A DNA stretch of 64,000 nt from the NCBI GenBank assembly GCA_963765575.1, contig CAVXWZ010000011.1, forward strand, positions 192,001-256,000, written 5' to 3'. Below, piece by piece: positions 1 through 11,731 of this stretch. The stretch's first letter is position 1, and the number at the start of each line of letters is the position of its first letter. The notes beneath the pieces were generated by a model that did no database searches, was not told the origin of the DNA, and saw nothing but the letters and a program-made list of their open reading frames with translations. The position numbers and the translations under genes were made by a program. This DNA comes from an uncultured cyanobacterium. GTDB lineage: Bacteria; Cyanobacteriota; Cyanobacteriia; PCC-6307; Cyanobiaceae.

Positions 1-59
1 TGCTGCAGTGGATCCTGGTGCGTCTGCCCCGCCTGGGGCGGGTGGCCGGCGAGTTCTGA
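1..59 (+). CDS. 3' end of a conserved cyanobacterial membrane protein (DUF3177-like), partial
   Basis: Frame reads LQWILVRLPRLGRVAGEF* with stop at 57-59; resembles the DUF3177 C-terminus as remembered. Confidence 0.55.
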   Translation, partial: LQWILVRLPRLGRVAGEF

Positions 60-103
60 GGCCCGGCCTGTCGCCCTGCCCACACCCCATTGCCTGAGCA
101 CCC

Positions 104-412
104 ATGACCGTCGCTGAGCTGCTGGCGAATCTGGAGGCGATCAGCCGGGAGCGGCCCGATCGGGTGCTGCGCCTGCGCGGCAGCCTGCCGGCCGGCGGCG
201 GCCGGGAGCCGTTCGAGCTGCTGATCTTCCGGGGCTTCTCCAGCAGCGTCAGCCATCCCACCGCCTTCGATCCCGATCAACCCGCCCTGCCCGAGGAGGC
301 GCTGGTGGAGCTGGCGGAGCTGCTGGCCGGCCCCCTCAACCCCGCCGCCGAGCAAGCTCTGGCGGCCCCCCAGCCGGCGCAGGGGTTTCTGGAGCCATCT
401 GCCTGGCTTTGA
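104..412 (+). CDS. conserved cyanobacterial hypothetical protein
   Basis: 102-aa ORF with ELLIFRGFSSS..HPTAFDPD motif and GC3-rich codons. Confidence 0.75.
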   Translation: MTVAELLANLEAISRERPDRVLRLRGSLPAGGGREPFELLIFRGFSSSVSHPTAFDPDQPALPEEALVELAELLAGPLNPAAEQALAAPQPAQGFLEPSAWL

Positions 413-450
413 GCCAGCAGCCTGGCTTTGAGCCGCGCTCCAGACCGGGC

Positions 451-963
451 TCATGGCCCCTGGCACAAGCGGCGCCAGTGGGGGCAGAGGCTCGCCAGGG
501 CGGCGCTGTGGGCGGCCAGGGCGTTGGGGGTGGCCAGCTCGAAATCGCTGAACGCAAAGCCGGGGGCCACCGTGCAGCCCACCAGGGCCCAGGCGCTGGT
601 GGCCGCCGGTTCGGCGGCAAACCAGCTGCCCGCCGGCACCACGTGCTGGGGCTGCTCGCCAGCCGCCAGATCCAGGCCCAGGCGCGTGCTCCCCACGGCG
701 CCGTCCGCCCTGAGCTCGTGGATCAGCAGTCCGCCGCCACCGTGGTGGTGCCAGGCCTCATCGGAGCGGATGCGGTGCCAGTGGGAGCATTCGCCCGCCG
801 CCAGCAGAAACAGGATGGCGGTGCTGGCGGCCCGTGGCCCCCGGGGGGTGGGCACCTGCTCGCTGGCGCGGTAGGTCTCCCGGTAGTGGCCGCCCTCGGG
901 ATGGGGGATCAGCGCCAGGGCCTCGATCAGCTGGGCCGCATCCGGCGCGCTGGGTTGTGCCAT
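451..963 (-). CDS. cupin domain protein (DUF985 family)
   Basis: PHPEGGHYRE, STAILFLL, SHWHRIRSDEAWHHHGG and CTVAPGFAFSDFEL motifs. Confidence 0.9.
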   Translation of the reverse strand: MAQPSAPDAAQLIEALALIPHPEGGHYRETYRASEQVPTPRGPRAASTAILFLLAAGECSHWHRIRSDEAWHHHGGGGLLIHELRADGAVGSTRLGLDLAAGEQPQHVVPAGSWFAAEPAATSAWALVGCTVAPGFAFSDFELATPNALAAHSAALASLCPHWRRLCQGP

Positions 964-969
964 GGGCCC

Positions 970-3924
<2,955 letters not shown>

Positions 3925-3948
3925 GGGGCCGGGGGCAGCAACAACGGA

Positions 3949-4659
3949 TTATCCCGTCCGGCTCGAAGCGCCGGCGGCATCGGGCCCGTCCTCTGGCCCA
4001 TGCTCTGGCCGGTCGGCGAACTCGGCTGGGCCCGGCGGCTCCGCGCTGGCCTCGATCAGGGCATCGATCTGCGCGAACGAGCGCACCACCGCGGCGGCTT
4101 CGGTCACGTCTGCTGGCTCTGCTCTCGCCGGCTCTGCTGGCTCTGCCGGATCTGCTGGCTGAGCCCGATCCGTCGCTTCCTCGGCTGGCGCCGCTGCGAC
4201 GACGGCTTGGGCTGCAGGGGCGGCTCCGCGCTCGGGACGCACCCAGAGCTTGCCGCTGCTGCGCGGCTGGCGCCGTTGCCGCAGCCACAGCCCGGCGGCC
4301 GCGCTCCACTGGCGGGCCAGTTCCAGCAGCCGGCCGCCGGCGCTGCCCGCCTCCCCGAGGGCCTTCTGCCAGCGCTCGGCCGATCCCAGCCGGCGCTGCT
4401 CCTCGGCCGTGAGCTGCCGCCAGCGGCCCTGGCCCACCTCCACCCCCAGCCGGCCGATCAGCAGGCCGCCGCAGAGCACCCCCAGCATCGGCGCGCCGGT
4501 GAGCCGCTCGGCACTGGTCACCAGCACCAGGCCCAGCAGCAGCACCAGCGCGCCCCACACGGCATCGCGGGCGCGGCTCAGTTCAGGCAGCAGCAGGGGC
4601 AGCAGCAGCACGGCGAACCCCAGCAGCAGAGCGAGGGCTCCGCCCAGGACGGCGAGCAT
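3949..4659 (-). CDS. Ycf66 family protein
   Basis: Hydrophobic N-terminus with ELSRARDAVWGAL..LGLVLVTS; low-complexity AEPA tail; start taken at MLAVLGG. Confidence 0.8.
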   Translation of the reverse strand: MLAVLGGALALLLGFAVLLLPLLLPELSRARDAVWGALVLLLGLVLVTSAERLTGAPMLGVLCGGLLIGRLGVEVGQGRWRQLTAEEQRRLGSAERWQKALGEAGSAGGRLLELARQWSAAAGLWLRQRRQPRSSGKLWVRPERGAAPAAQAVVAAAPAEEATDRAQPADPAEPAEPARAEPADVTEAAAVVRSFAQIDALIEASAEPPGPAEFADRPEHGPEDGPDAAGASSRTG

Positions 4660-4722
4660 GGCCAGGGGGCGGTTCGACGCCATTCTGAGCCGTGGCGCGG
4701 CCCTGCTTACAGTCGGCGAGCT

Positions 4723-4804
4723 GCCCACCTGGCGGAATTGGTAGACGCGCTGGGTTTAGGTTCCAGTGACCTCGGTCGTGGGGGTTCAAGTCCCCCGGTG
4801 GGCA
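4723..4804 (+). tRNA. tRNA-Leu(TAG)
   Basis: Acceptor GCCCACC/GGTGGGC, D-loop TGGTAGAC, anticodon arm CTGGG-TTTAGGT-TCCAG, long variable arm, GTTCAAGTC. Confidence 0.96.
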
Positions 4805-4893
4805 TCGCCGGGATGGTCGCAGCTCCCGGCCCCCCTCGTGCCTTGCCTAAGTTTCGAGCCACCGTTCCCTTCCGTGGGGGTTTGTCTGCGCCC

Positions 4894-5883
4894 ATGACCC
4901 AGGCCCCGGCCGCTGCCCTCTCCCGCTCGGTCCCCAAGCAGTTCATCGATCCGCCCGGTCCCTGGAACCCCACCGTGGGCCTGTTCCTGCTGGGCTATGG
5001 CCTGGCGGGTCTGACGATCTGGGGCTGGTTTGTGGGCCAGTGGCCGCTGCTGCCGCTGCTGGTCACCGGCTTCCTGGCCCTGCACCTCGAGGGCACGGTG
5101 ATCCACGACGCCTGCCACAACGCCGCCCACCCCCACCGCTTCTGGAATGCGGTGATGGGCCATGGCGCGGCCCTGCTGCTGGGCTTCAGCTTCCCGGTGT
5201 TCACGCGGGTGCACCTGCAGCACCATGCCCATGTCAACGACCCCAAGAACGATCCCGACCACATCGTCAGCACCTTCGGGCCGCTGTGGCTGATCGCACC
5301 ACGGTTTTTTTATCACGAGCTGTTTTTCTTCCGCCGCCGCCTCTGGCGCCGCTATGAGTTGCTGGAGTGGGGGATTGCCCGGGGCATCTTCGCGGCGATC
5401 GTGATTGCCGCCGCCAAATACGACTTTTTACCCTTCGTCTTCAACTGCTGGTTTGCCCCGGCCCTGATGGTGGGGGTCACCCTGGGGCTGTTCTTCGATT
5501 ATTTGCCCCACCGGCCCTTCCAGTCCCGCAGCCGCTGGCACAACGCCAGGGTGTATCCCGGCCGCATGATGAATTGGCTGATCATGGGCCAGAACTATCA
5601 CCTGGTGCACCACCTCTGGCCGTCGATTCCCTGGTTTGAATACCGTCCCGCGTACCACGCCACCAAGCATCTTCTGGATGCCAAGGGATCGCCGCAGCGG
5701 CTGGGGTTGTTCGAATCCCGCAACGACGGTCTCAACTTCCTCTACGACATCGTGCTGGGCGTGCGCAGCCACAGCAAACGCCGCAGCAAGTTGCGTCCGA
5801 TCGCTGCCCTGATGCCCACCCGCCATGCGCGCCGGCGGGTGCTGGAACTGCTGCACCGCACGGCGGTTTCGCCGGTGCGCTGA
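4894..5883 (+). CDS. crtR: beta-carotene hydroxylase (fatty acid desaturase family)
   Basis: His boxes HDACH, HLQHH and HLVHH; start ATG 4894, inside the 846-aa track ORF. Confidence 0.92.
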   Translation: MTQAPAAALSRSVPKQFIDPPGPWNPTVGLFLLGYGLAGLTIWGWFVGQWPLLPLLVTGFLALHLEGTVIHDACHNAAHPHRFWNAVMGHGAALLLGFSFPVFTRVHLQHHAHVNDPKNDPDHIVSTFGPLWLIAPRFFYHELFFFRRRLWRRYELLEWGIARGIFAAIVIAAAKYDFLPFVFNCWFAPALMVGVTLGLFFDYLPHRPFQSRSRWHNARVYPGRMMNWLIMGQNYHLVHHLWPSIPWFEYRPAYHATKHLLDAKGSPQRLGLFESRNDGLNFLYDIVLGVRSHSKRRSKLRPIAALMPTRHARRRVLELLHRTAVSPVR

Positions 5884-5899
5884 GCGCCCTCACCCAGGC

Positions 5900-6193
5900 T
5901 CACTCGGCCAGGATTCTGGGCACGCGGAAGAAATCGCCTTCGCGCTGGGGCGCCAGGTTGAGCAGCTCCTCGCGCACCGGGGTGGGGTCCACCCGGTCCT
6001 CGCGGGTCACATTCACCACCTCCACGGCGCGGGTGGTGGGCGGCACGCCCTCGGTGTCCACCGCCTGGAGGTGATCCACGTAGTCGAGGATGCGCTCCAG
6101 CTGGCCCGTGTAGGCGGCGATCGTTTCCTCCGGCAGGGCCAGGCGGGCCAGGGAGGCCACCTTGCGCACGTCGTCGGCGCTGATCTTGCTCAT
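5900..6193 (-). CDS. gatC: Asp/Glu-tRNA amidotransferase subunit C
   Basis: [10 protein letters not shown] and [15 protein letters not shown] motifs. Confidence 0.96.
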   Translation of the reverse strand: MSKISADDVRKVASLARLALPEETIAAYTGQLERILDYVDHLQAVDTEGVPPTTRAVEVVNVTREDRVDPTPVREELLNLAPQREGDFFRVPRILAE

Positions 6194-6265
6194 CGGGCTG
6201 GAGTGGGCGTTGGAACGACGCTAGCTCCCGCTCCAGCGGCTCCTGTGGCCCCGGCCCGGAGGGGC

Positions 6266-7107
6266 TCAGTCGTCTGCCGCCAGGAAGGTCTGCAGATCCG
6301 CCGTCAGGGCCTCGGCGGCCAGCTCCAGCAGGGCCTGGCCGTGGTCGGCCGCGGCCAGGTAGGGATCGGAGCCCATGCGGCCGTCGGGGTGGCGGCGGCG
6401 GAAGTCGTCGGGGCCGTGGATGGGGCCGGCCGGCGCCGCTTCGGGCAGGGGTCGCTGCTTGCTGATCAGGCTGGGCTCGAGGTGCAGGGTGAGGGCGATC
6501 TCACTGGGGGTGGCGTGCTGGCCTTCGCGGTCGCCGTAGAGCTCCCGGGCCTTGCGCATCACCGCCGGCGCCATGAACCAGTTGGCCAGCTTGCAGCGCA
6601 GCCGCGGCGCCACCGGCAGACCGCGGGCGGCGGCGGTGGTGTAGGCCTGGGCGAAGGCGGCCTTGCCGGTGGCGATGTTGCCGCCGTGGCCGTTGATCAC
6701 GTAGATGCGCTCGAAGCCGTGGCCTGCCAGGGAGAGCACCACGTCGTGGAGCACGGCCATCAGGGTGCTGGGCTGCAGGCTCACGGTGCCTGGAAAGCCC
6801 AGATGGTGTTCGGCCATGCCGAAGGCCTGGGCGGGGGTGACCAGCACCCCGCTGCGGCGGCCCACCTCCAGGGCCACCGCTTCGGCGGTGAGGGCATCGG
6901 TGCCGATGGCGCCGGTGGGGCCGTGCTGCTCGGTGGAGCCCAGGGGCACGATCACGCCGCGGCAGTGCTGCAGATAGGCCTCCACCTCCGGCCAGCTGCG
7001 CAGTTGCAGGCGGATCGCCTCGCTGCCGGCGCTCTGCGGGTCAGCGGCGCTGGTGGCGGCGCTGGCGCGCTGGCAGTGGCGCTGGCAGTGGCGGCGGTCT
7101 CGGGCAT
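6266..7107 (-). CDS. creatininase family protein, apparent 1-nt deletion near 7067
   Basis: PLGSTEQHGP, NGHGGN and HA..SE motifs; the LQLRSWPEV N-terminus joins ATG 7107 only after a frameshift. Confidence 0.85.
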
Positions 7108-7208
7108 GGCGGTGGTGAGGGGGGCCGGCGAGGCTGAAGCGATCAGGATGAACAGCAGCGGGTCCTGGGCTGCCTAGGATTGGCGGGCGAGCTCAGTCCG
7201 TGGTGCCC

Positions 7209-7499
7209 ATGCTGCATCGCAAGCTCTATCAATTCTGCGCCGAGCGCCGCCCGGTGTGGGTGTTCCTGCGCGACCAGCAGCGCTGGATCGAAGAGGCCCT
7301 GGTGGTGGAGATCGACGGCGATCTGGTCACCCTGCGCTACGACGCCGCCGACGAGGACGAATCCCACAGCTGGGAGGAGAGCGTGCGGCTCGATTCGATC
7401 GGTGCGGTCAGCACCCGCTTGGCGTATGTGAGCTGCGCCCCGGGCGAGGAACTGCCCACCGCCGACGACTGCCCCGAGGCCGAGCGTCTCAGCGGCTGA
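7209..7499 (+). CDS. conserved cyanobacterial hypothetical protein (DUF6679-like)
   Basis: MLHRKLYQ..FLRDQQRWIE..SWEESVRLDSIG. Confidence 0.8.
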   Translation: MLHRKLYQFCAERRPVWVFLRDQQRWIEEALVVEIDGDLVTLRYDAADEDESHSWEESVRLDSIGAVSTRLAYVSCAPGEELPTADDCPEAERLSG

Positions 7500-7505
7500 G
7501 CCAAG

Positions 7506-7546
7506 CTCCGTGGGCGGATCTCCGTGGGCGGATCTCAGTGGGCGGT
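7506..7546. repeat. 14-bp tandem repeat, about 3 copies
   Basis: CTCCGTGGGCGGAT twice, then CTCAGTGGGCGGT, which includes the ndhP stop. Confidence 0.85.
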
Positions 7547-7690
7547 GCCGTTGCCGTCGTAGGCGTCGGTGTCGTAGTAGCCGCCCTTGGTGCCGAAGAA
7601 CAGCGTGCTCAGGCAGAACAGACCGCTCACGGCCAGCAGCAGGGTGCCGAGGTTGAAGCCGGAAGCCGCGGTGGCGGCGGAGCTGTCCAT
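7535..7690 (-). CDS. ndhP: NDH-1 complex small subunit NdhP
   Basis: Single TM helix followed by [21 protein letters not shown], the NdhP C-terminal signature. Confidence 0.85.
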   Translation of the reverse strand: MDSSAATAASGFNLGTLLLAVSGLFCLSTLFFGTKGGYYDTDAYDGNGTAH

Positions 7691-8321
7691 GGTGGCGGCT
7701 GTGCAGGAGTTGAGCTCCATTGTGCTGCCTGCCGCCTTCTTTGCGCGCCCGGCCGAGCAGGTGGCCCCCGAGCTGGTGGGTTGCCTGCTGGTGCGCCGCC
7801 AGGCCGATGGCGCGCGGCTGTGGGGCGTGATCGTGGAGACGGAGGCCTACTGCCAGAGCGAGCCGGCCTGCCACGGCCATCGCCGCCGCTCGCCCAGCAA
7901 CGCCACCCTGTTCGGTGCGCCCGGCCGCTTCTACGTGTACCTCACCTACGGGGTGCACCACTGCGTGAATGTGGTCACGGGCCGGCCCGACTGGGCCAAT
8001 GGGGTGCTGCTGCGGGCCGCCGAGCTGCCGGGCGAGCCGGAGCGCTGCGCGGCGGGTCCGGGGCTGCTGGCCCGGCGTTTCGGCATCGATCGCCGCCACG
8101 ACGACACGCCGCTGGATCGCGAGCGGGGGCTGTGGCTGGCGCCGCGCCCCGCGGCTCTGGCCGTGGCCGCCGCCGACCTGGTGCAGACCCAGCGCATCGG
8201 CATCGCCCAGGGGCAGGAGCTGCCCTGGCGCTGGTATCTGCGCCGCAGCCGCGCCGTGAGCCGCCGCGCCGCCGGTGATCGGCTGCCAGCGCGGCGGCCT
8301 GCGCAGGGACCCCTAGGTTGA
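7689..8321 (+). CDS. DNA-3-methyladenine glycosylase (MPG family); start may instead be GTG 7722
   Basis: [42 protein letters not shown] and RIGI motifs. Confidence 0.92.
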   Translation: MVAAVQELSSIVLPAAFFARPAEQVAPELVGCLLVRRQADGARLWGVIVETEAYCQSEPACHGHRRRSPSNATLFGAPGRFYVYLTYGVHHCVNVVTGRPDWANGVLLRAAELPGEPERCAAGPGLLARRFGIDRRHDDTPLDRERGLWLAPRPAALAVAAADLVQTQRIGIAQGQELPWRWYLRRSRAVSRRAAGDRLPARRPAQGPLG

Positions 8322-8340
8322 GGGGGCCAGACGGGGCCGG

Positions 8341-9360
8341 GTGTTGAGCGGCTGGGTGCACCGCCATGTGATCGATCTGTCGACCTTTTCGACCGACGAT
8401 TTCGCCACCGTGCTGGAGCTGGCCCAGCGCTTCCGCAGCCTGCCGGTGCTGGGGGCCCGCAAGCTGCCGGCGCTGCAGGGGCGGCTGATGACCACCCTGT
8501 TCTTCGAGACCAGCACCCGCACCCGCAGCAGCTTCGAGCTCGCCGCCCGCCGGCTCTCGGCCGATGTGCAGAGCTTCGCCCCGGGCTCCAGCTCCCTGGC
8601 CAAGGGCGAGAGCCTGCTCGACACCGCCCGCACCTACGTGGCCATGGGCGCCAATGTGCTGGTGGTGCGCCACGGCTGCGCCGGCGTGCCCCAGCTCCTG
8701 GCCGACGACCTCGACCGCGGCGCCGAGCGGGTGGCGGTGCTCAACGCCGGCGACGGCCTGCACAGCCATCCCAGCCAGGGCCTGCTCGACCTGTTCACCC
8801 TGGCCCGCCACTTCTGCCCCGAGGCGCCCACGCCGGCGGCGCTGCGGGGCCGCCGCATCGTGATCGTGGGCGACGTGCTGCACTCCCGCGTCGCCCGCTC
8901 CAACCTCTGGGCCCTCACCGCCTGCGGCGCCGAGGTGGTGCTCTGCGGGCCGCCCACCCTGCTGCCCGACTGCTTCGCCGACTTCGTGGCCGCGCCGCCC
9001 CCGGGCCAGGCCCACGATCCGGTGCCCGATCGCGGCCCGGTGCGGCTGGTGCGCCGGCTGGAGCAGGCCCTGCCCGGCGCCGATGCGGTGATGACGCTGC
9101 GCTTGCAGAAGGAGCGCATGCACCAGCACCTGCTCACCAGCCTGGAGAGCTACCACCGCAGCTACGGCCTCAGCCACGAGCGCCTGGCCCTCTGCGGCCG
9201 GCCGCTGCCGGTGCTGCATCCGGGGCCGGTGAACCGGGGGGTGGAGCTGGCCGGGGCGCTGCTCGACGATCCCGCCTACAGCCTGGTGGAGGAGCAGGTG
9301 CGCAACGGCATCCCGGTGCGCATGGCCCTGCTCTACCTGCTTGCCGCCACTGAGGGCTAA
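8341..9360 (+). CDS. pyrB: aspartate carbamoyltransferase catalytic subunit
   Basis: [20 protein letters not shown] and HPGPVNRG motifs. Confidence 0.97.
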   Translation: MLSGWVHRHVIDLSTFSTDDFATVLELAQRFRSLPVLGARKLPALQGRLMTTLFFETSTRTRSSFELAARRLSADVQSFAPGSSSLAKGESLLDTARTYVAMGANVLVVRHGCAGVPQLLADDLDRGAERVAVLNAGDGLHSHPSQGLLDLFTLARHFCPEAPTPAALRGRRIVIVGDVLHSRVARSNLWALTACGAEVVLCGPPTLLPDCFADFVAAPPPGQAHDPVPDRGPVRLVRRLEQALPGADAVMTLRLQKERMHQHLLTSLESYHRSYGLSHERLALCGRPLPVLHPGPVNRGVELAGALLDDPAYSLVEEQVRNGIPVRMALLYLLAATEG

Positions 9361-9368
9361 AGGGAGAA

Positions 9369-9740
9369 CTAGAGCAGCTTGAAGCCGTCGAGCAGCAGGC
9401 CGTAGAGCAGGCCGATGCGGGCCATGTCCAGCAGCTGCAGCGGCAGGGGGTCGCCGCTGCGGCGGCGCAGGGGCCGGCGGGCGCGCACCGCCAGCTCGAG
9501 CGCCAGCACGCAGAGCAGGGCGCCCACCGGATCGCTCTGGCCGAGCTGGCCGCCGATCGAGGCCACCACGCCGCCGATCGAGAAGCTCACCAGCAGCACG
9601 ATCAGTTGCAGCGAGGCCCGGCGCCAGGGGTTGCGGGCCCAGGCCACCAGCCGCTGGCCGGCCTCCACCAGGCTGCGTTGAAAGCGCGTCTGCTGCAGGG
9701 GGCCGGTGCCGGCCGGGGAGGCCTGGAGCGGGGATCGCAT
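9369..9740 (-). CDS. DUF565 (Ycf20-like) membrane protein
   Basis: LQQTRFQR, NPWRR and GLLYGLLLDGFKLL motifs. Confidence 0.88.
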   Translation of the reverse strand: MRSPLQASPAGTGPLQQTRFQRSLVEAGQRLVAWARNPWRRASLQLIVLLVSFSIGGVVASIGGQLGQSDPVGALLCVLALELAVRARRPLRRRSGDPLPLQLLDMARIGLLYGLLLDGFKLL

Positions 9741-9745
9741 CTTCG

Positions 9746-9770
9746 AAAACCCCCGTCGCGGGGACGGGGG
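9746..9770 (-). terminator. intrinsic terminator immediately 5' of the DUF565 start
   Basis: Stem CCCCCGTC/GACGGGGG followed by TTTT on the minus strand. Confidence 0.7.
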
Positions 9771-9835
9771 CGGAGGAAGGAGGTGGCAGGGTCAGGAAGT
9801 GGTGATCCCCATCACCCGGCCAAGCCCTGCCAAAC
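9746..9835 (-). ncRNA. candidate structured RNA (sRNA or leader/attenuator)
   Basis: Nested stems GGCAGGG/CCCTGCC and GGTGAT/ATCACC, CU-rich linker ACCTCCTTCCTCC, then terminator. Confidence 0.5.
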
Positions 9836-9898
9836 CCTGTCTACACCATCTCTTGGGTGTTGCCAGTGTTGATCCGCTACTGATAGGGGATGGCAATC

Positions 9899-9929
9899 AA
9901 AAAGGCCCGGAACCTGAGAGGCCCGGGCC
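9899..9929 (-). terminator. intrinsic terminator downstream of the 10039-10236 gene
   Basis: Stem GGCCCGG/CCGGGCC followed by TTTTT on the minus strand. Confidence 0.8.
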
Positions 9930-10038
9930 GGGTGATGGGGACTCACTTACACAAGCGGCCCCGGGCAGCTGGGGCAATGGCTGCGGGACGTTTGCGGGAG
10001 CGTCCCCCTGTGGTCTTGACGGCGGCGCCGCTGGCTGC

Positions 10039-10236
10039 TCAGCTGCTGCTCTCTTTCTTGCGGCTGGATTTGCCCTCCAGCAGTTCCAGCAGGGCCTCCA
10101 TCTGGGCCAGCACGCCGCGCACCTCGCCGGCCTCGGGCAGGAGTCCGTCCTCCATCACGCCCTGGTGCATTTCGCGGAGTTCCTGGCGGATGTAGCGCAG
10201 GTGGCTCACCACCTGTTCACGCTTGGACTGCGACAT
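10039..10236 (-). CDS. conserved picocyanobacterial small protein
   Basis: MSQSKREQVVSHLRYIRQELREMHQGVMEDGLLPEAGEVRG; GC3-rich codons. Confidence 0.8.
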   Translation of the reverse strand: MSQSKREQVVSHLRYIRQELREMHQGVMEDGLLPEAGEVRGVLAQMEALLELLEGKSSRKKESSS

Positions 10237-10322
10237 GAATCGGGCTGGGCGGCGATTCCCTTTTACAGCATGGCCTGACGGACCGGGTTCGCCCGTCAAG
10301 AGCTGATAGGTCCTGCGGCGCC

Positions 10323-11081
10323 ATGAGGCCGATAGCAATCCGCTTGTCCCTTTGTCGGTCCCTGCGCCTGGAACTGCTCCGCCGCGCCGCCCGGCCGCTC
10401 GCCCACGGCCTGGGGCTGGGCCTGCTGGCGGGCGGCGTGGTGCTGGGCGCGCAGGGGGCGGCGCAGGCGCTGCAGTATGTGTTTACGGTGGACCGGTGAA
10501 CGGATCCGGGCTTGCAGCTGAGTTTTGATCGCGACCAGATTCGTTTGGACAGGCCCTGAAGGAACCGGACAAGTTACGGGCAGCTTTGATCTCACTGGTG
10601 GAAATCTGACGCTTACTGATGATATCCAGTTACAGTGCTCACCAGCACATGCTGGCAACACTGTCAGCCAAGCTTTTTCGCCACTGGCTATTACGACACA
10701 GGCAATAATACACTCTACTTTGGTGTAACATCTGGCGACTGCCCGTGTGGAGTACTGATTTCGCCGACCTTGCCTAGAATTGAGACTTGTCTGATGCAGG
10801 TCTCGGCAATCGATACCCGGCGAGCCCATTGCCTTTGCTGCCGGCACAGGATGCCCTCGGCGATTACTTCAATTCTGACAACGATCGGCTCTTTTTCGGT
10901 CGTAGTCGTGATACTAACCGTCGACGATCTCACCTTGACCAGTGGTCATCTCCGTCAGGTTCCTGCTCCCCTTTCAGCCCTGGCGCTCCTGCCCCTCGCC
11001 GGCCTGAAGCGCTACCGCCGTCGCGTCCAGCGCCTCAGTCAGGCCCGCAGCGCGTCCAGTTCCACCGCGGAGCTTGGCTGA
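10323..11081 (+). pseudogene. PEP-CTERM-like (VPAPL) secreted surface protein with several frameshifts
   Basis: Signal peptide ..GVVLGAQGAAQA|LQYVF (stop 10499); C-terminal VPAPLSALALLPLAGLKRYRRR; middle pieces fall in three frames. Confidence 0.65.
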
Positions 11082-11105
11082 TCGCTACGGAGTTGGGGGC
11101 TGGCA

Positions 11106-11417
11106 TCACCCTGGAACGATCTGCCACTTGCTCGTCTCGATGGTCTGGTTGATGGTCGGGTTTCTCACTGTTTCAGCCATCACCAGATCCGCGGGAAGAT
11201 TGAGCTGTTCGCGCAGCTCGTTCAGCAGTCCGAAGTAGGCTTTGTAGAGCGCAGTGGCCTCGCAGGGCTGGAACTCCACCAGCAGGTCGATGTCACTCTC
11301 CCCGGGCCGGTAGTCGGGCCGCAGCACAGAACCAAAGGCGTGCAGCCGCGCCACAGGATGCCGCTGGCAGGCGGCCGCGATCGCAGCGATCTGCTCCGGG
11401 GTGAGGGCGCAGTCCAT
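11106..11417 (-). CDS. minimal nucleotidyltransferase (MNT antitoxin-like), no HEPN partner
   Basis: LHAFGSVLRPDYRPGESDIDLLVEF (GS..DxD motif). Confidence 0.88.
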   Translation of the reverse strand: MDCALTPEQIAAIAAACQRHPVARLHAFGSVLRPDYRPGESDIDLLVEFQPCEATALYKAYFGLLNELREQLNLPADLVMAETVRNPTINQTIETSKWQIVPG

Positions 11418-11442
11418 GGCCCCATTCTGGCTGCCCACGCAG

Positions 11443-11660
11443 CGCTCACCAGGCGTCCGATCCAATCAGCGCAGACGGGCGTCAGTCGTTCGGGGTCACT
11501 GGCCATGTCCTGCTCCGGCAGTGCTTGAAACGCTGCGAGAGCCGGAGGTCACCACTTGCTTGCGAGTTCAGGTGTTGCAGCACCACCGACCCGTTGGGGC
11601 GGAAGGCGTAGCGGATCCGGCACGGTGATCTGCTGCACCCCCAGGAAGTCGCTCTCCCAC
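11443..11660 (-). pseudogene. PrlF/SohA-type antitoxin remnant
   Basis: Pieces QITVP / RIRYAFRPNGSVVLQ / PALAAFQALPEQDMASDPERLTPV, joined across two frameshifts. Confidence 0.65.
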
Positions 11661-11680
11661 CATCCCGCAGATCTGTAATG

Positions 11681-11706
11681 CAACCAGAATGCTTCCATGC
11701 TGGTTG
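11681..11706. promoter_or_regulatory. inverted repeat, candidate TA operator
   Basis: CAACCAG..CTGGTTG, 25 nt upstream of ATG 11732. Confidence 0.4.
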
Positions 11707-11731
11707 GTGTGCCGCTGGGCTGCTGCCTGTC

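Noticed and set aside
9866..9880. Possible NtcA site GTAGCGGATCAACAC (minus strand) upstream of the candidate RNA
   Set aside because: Does not fit GTA-N8-TAC spacing; only one good half-site
9941..9952. ACTCACTTACAC resembling the Yfr1 motif
   Set aside because: Differs from ACTCCTCACAC, and the adjacent terminator is on the opposite strand
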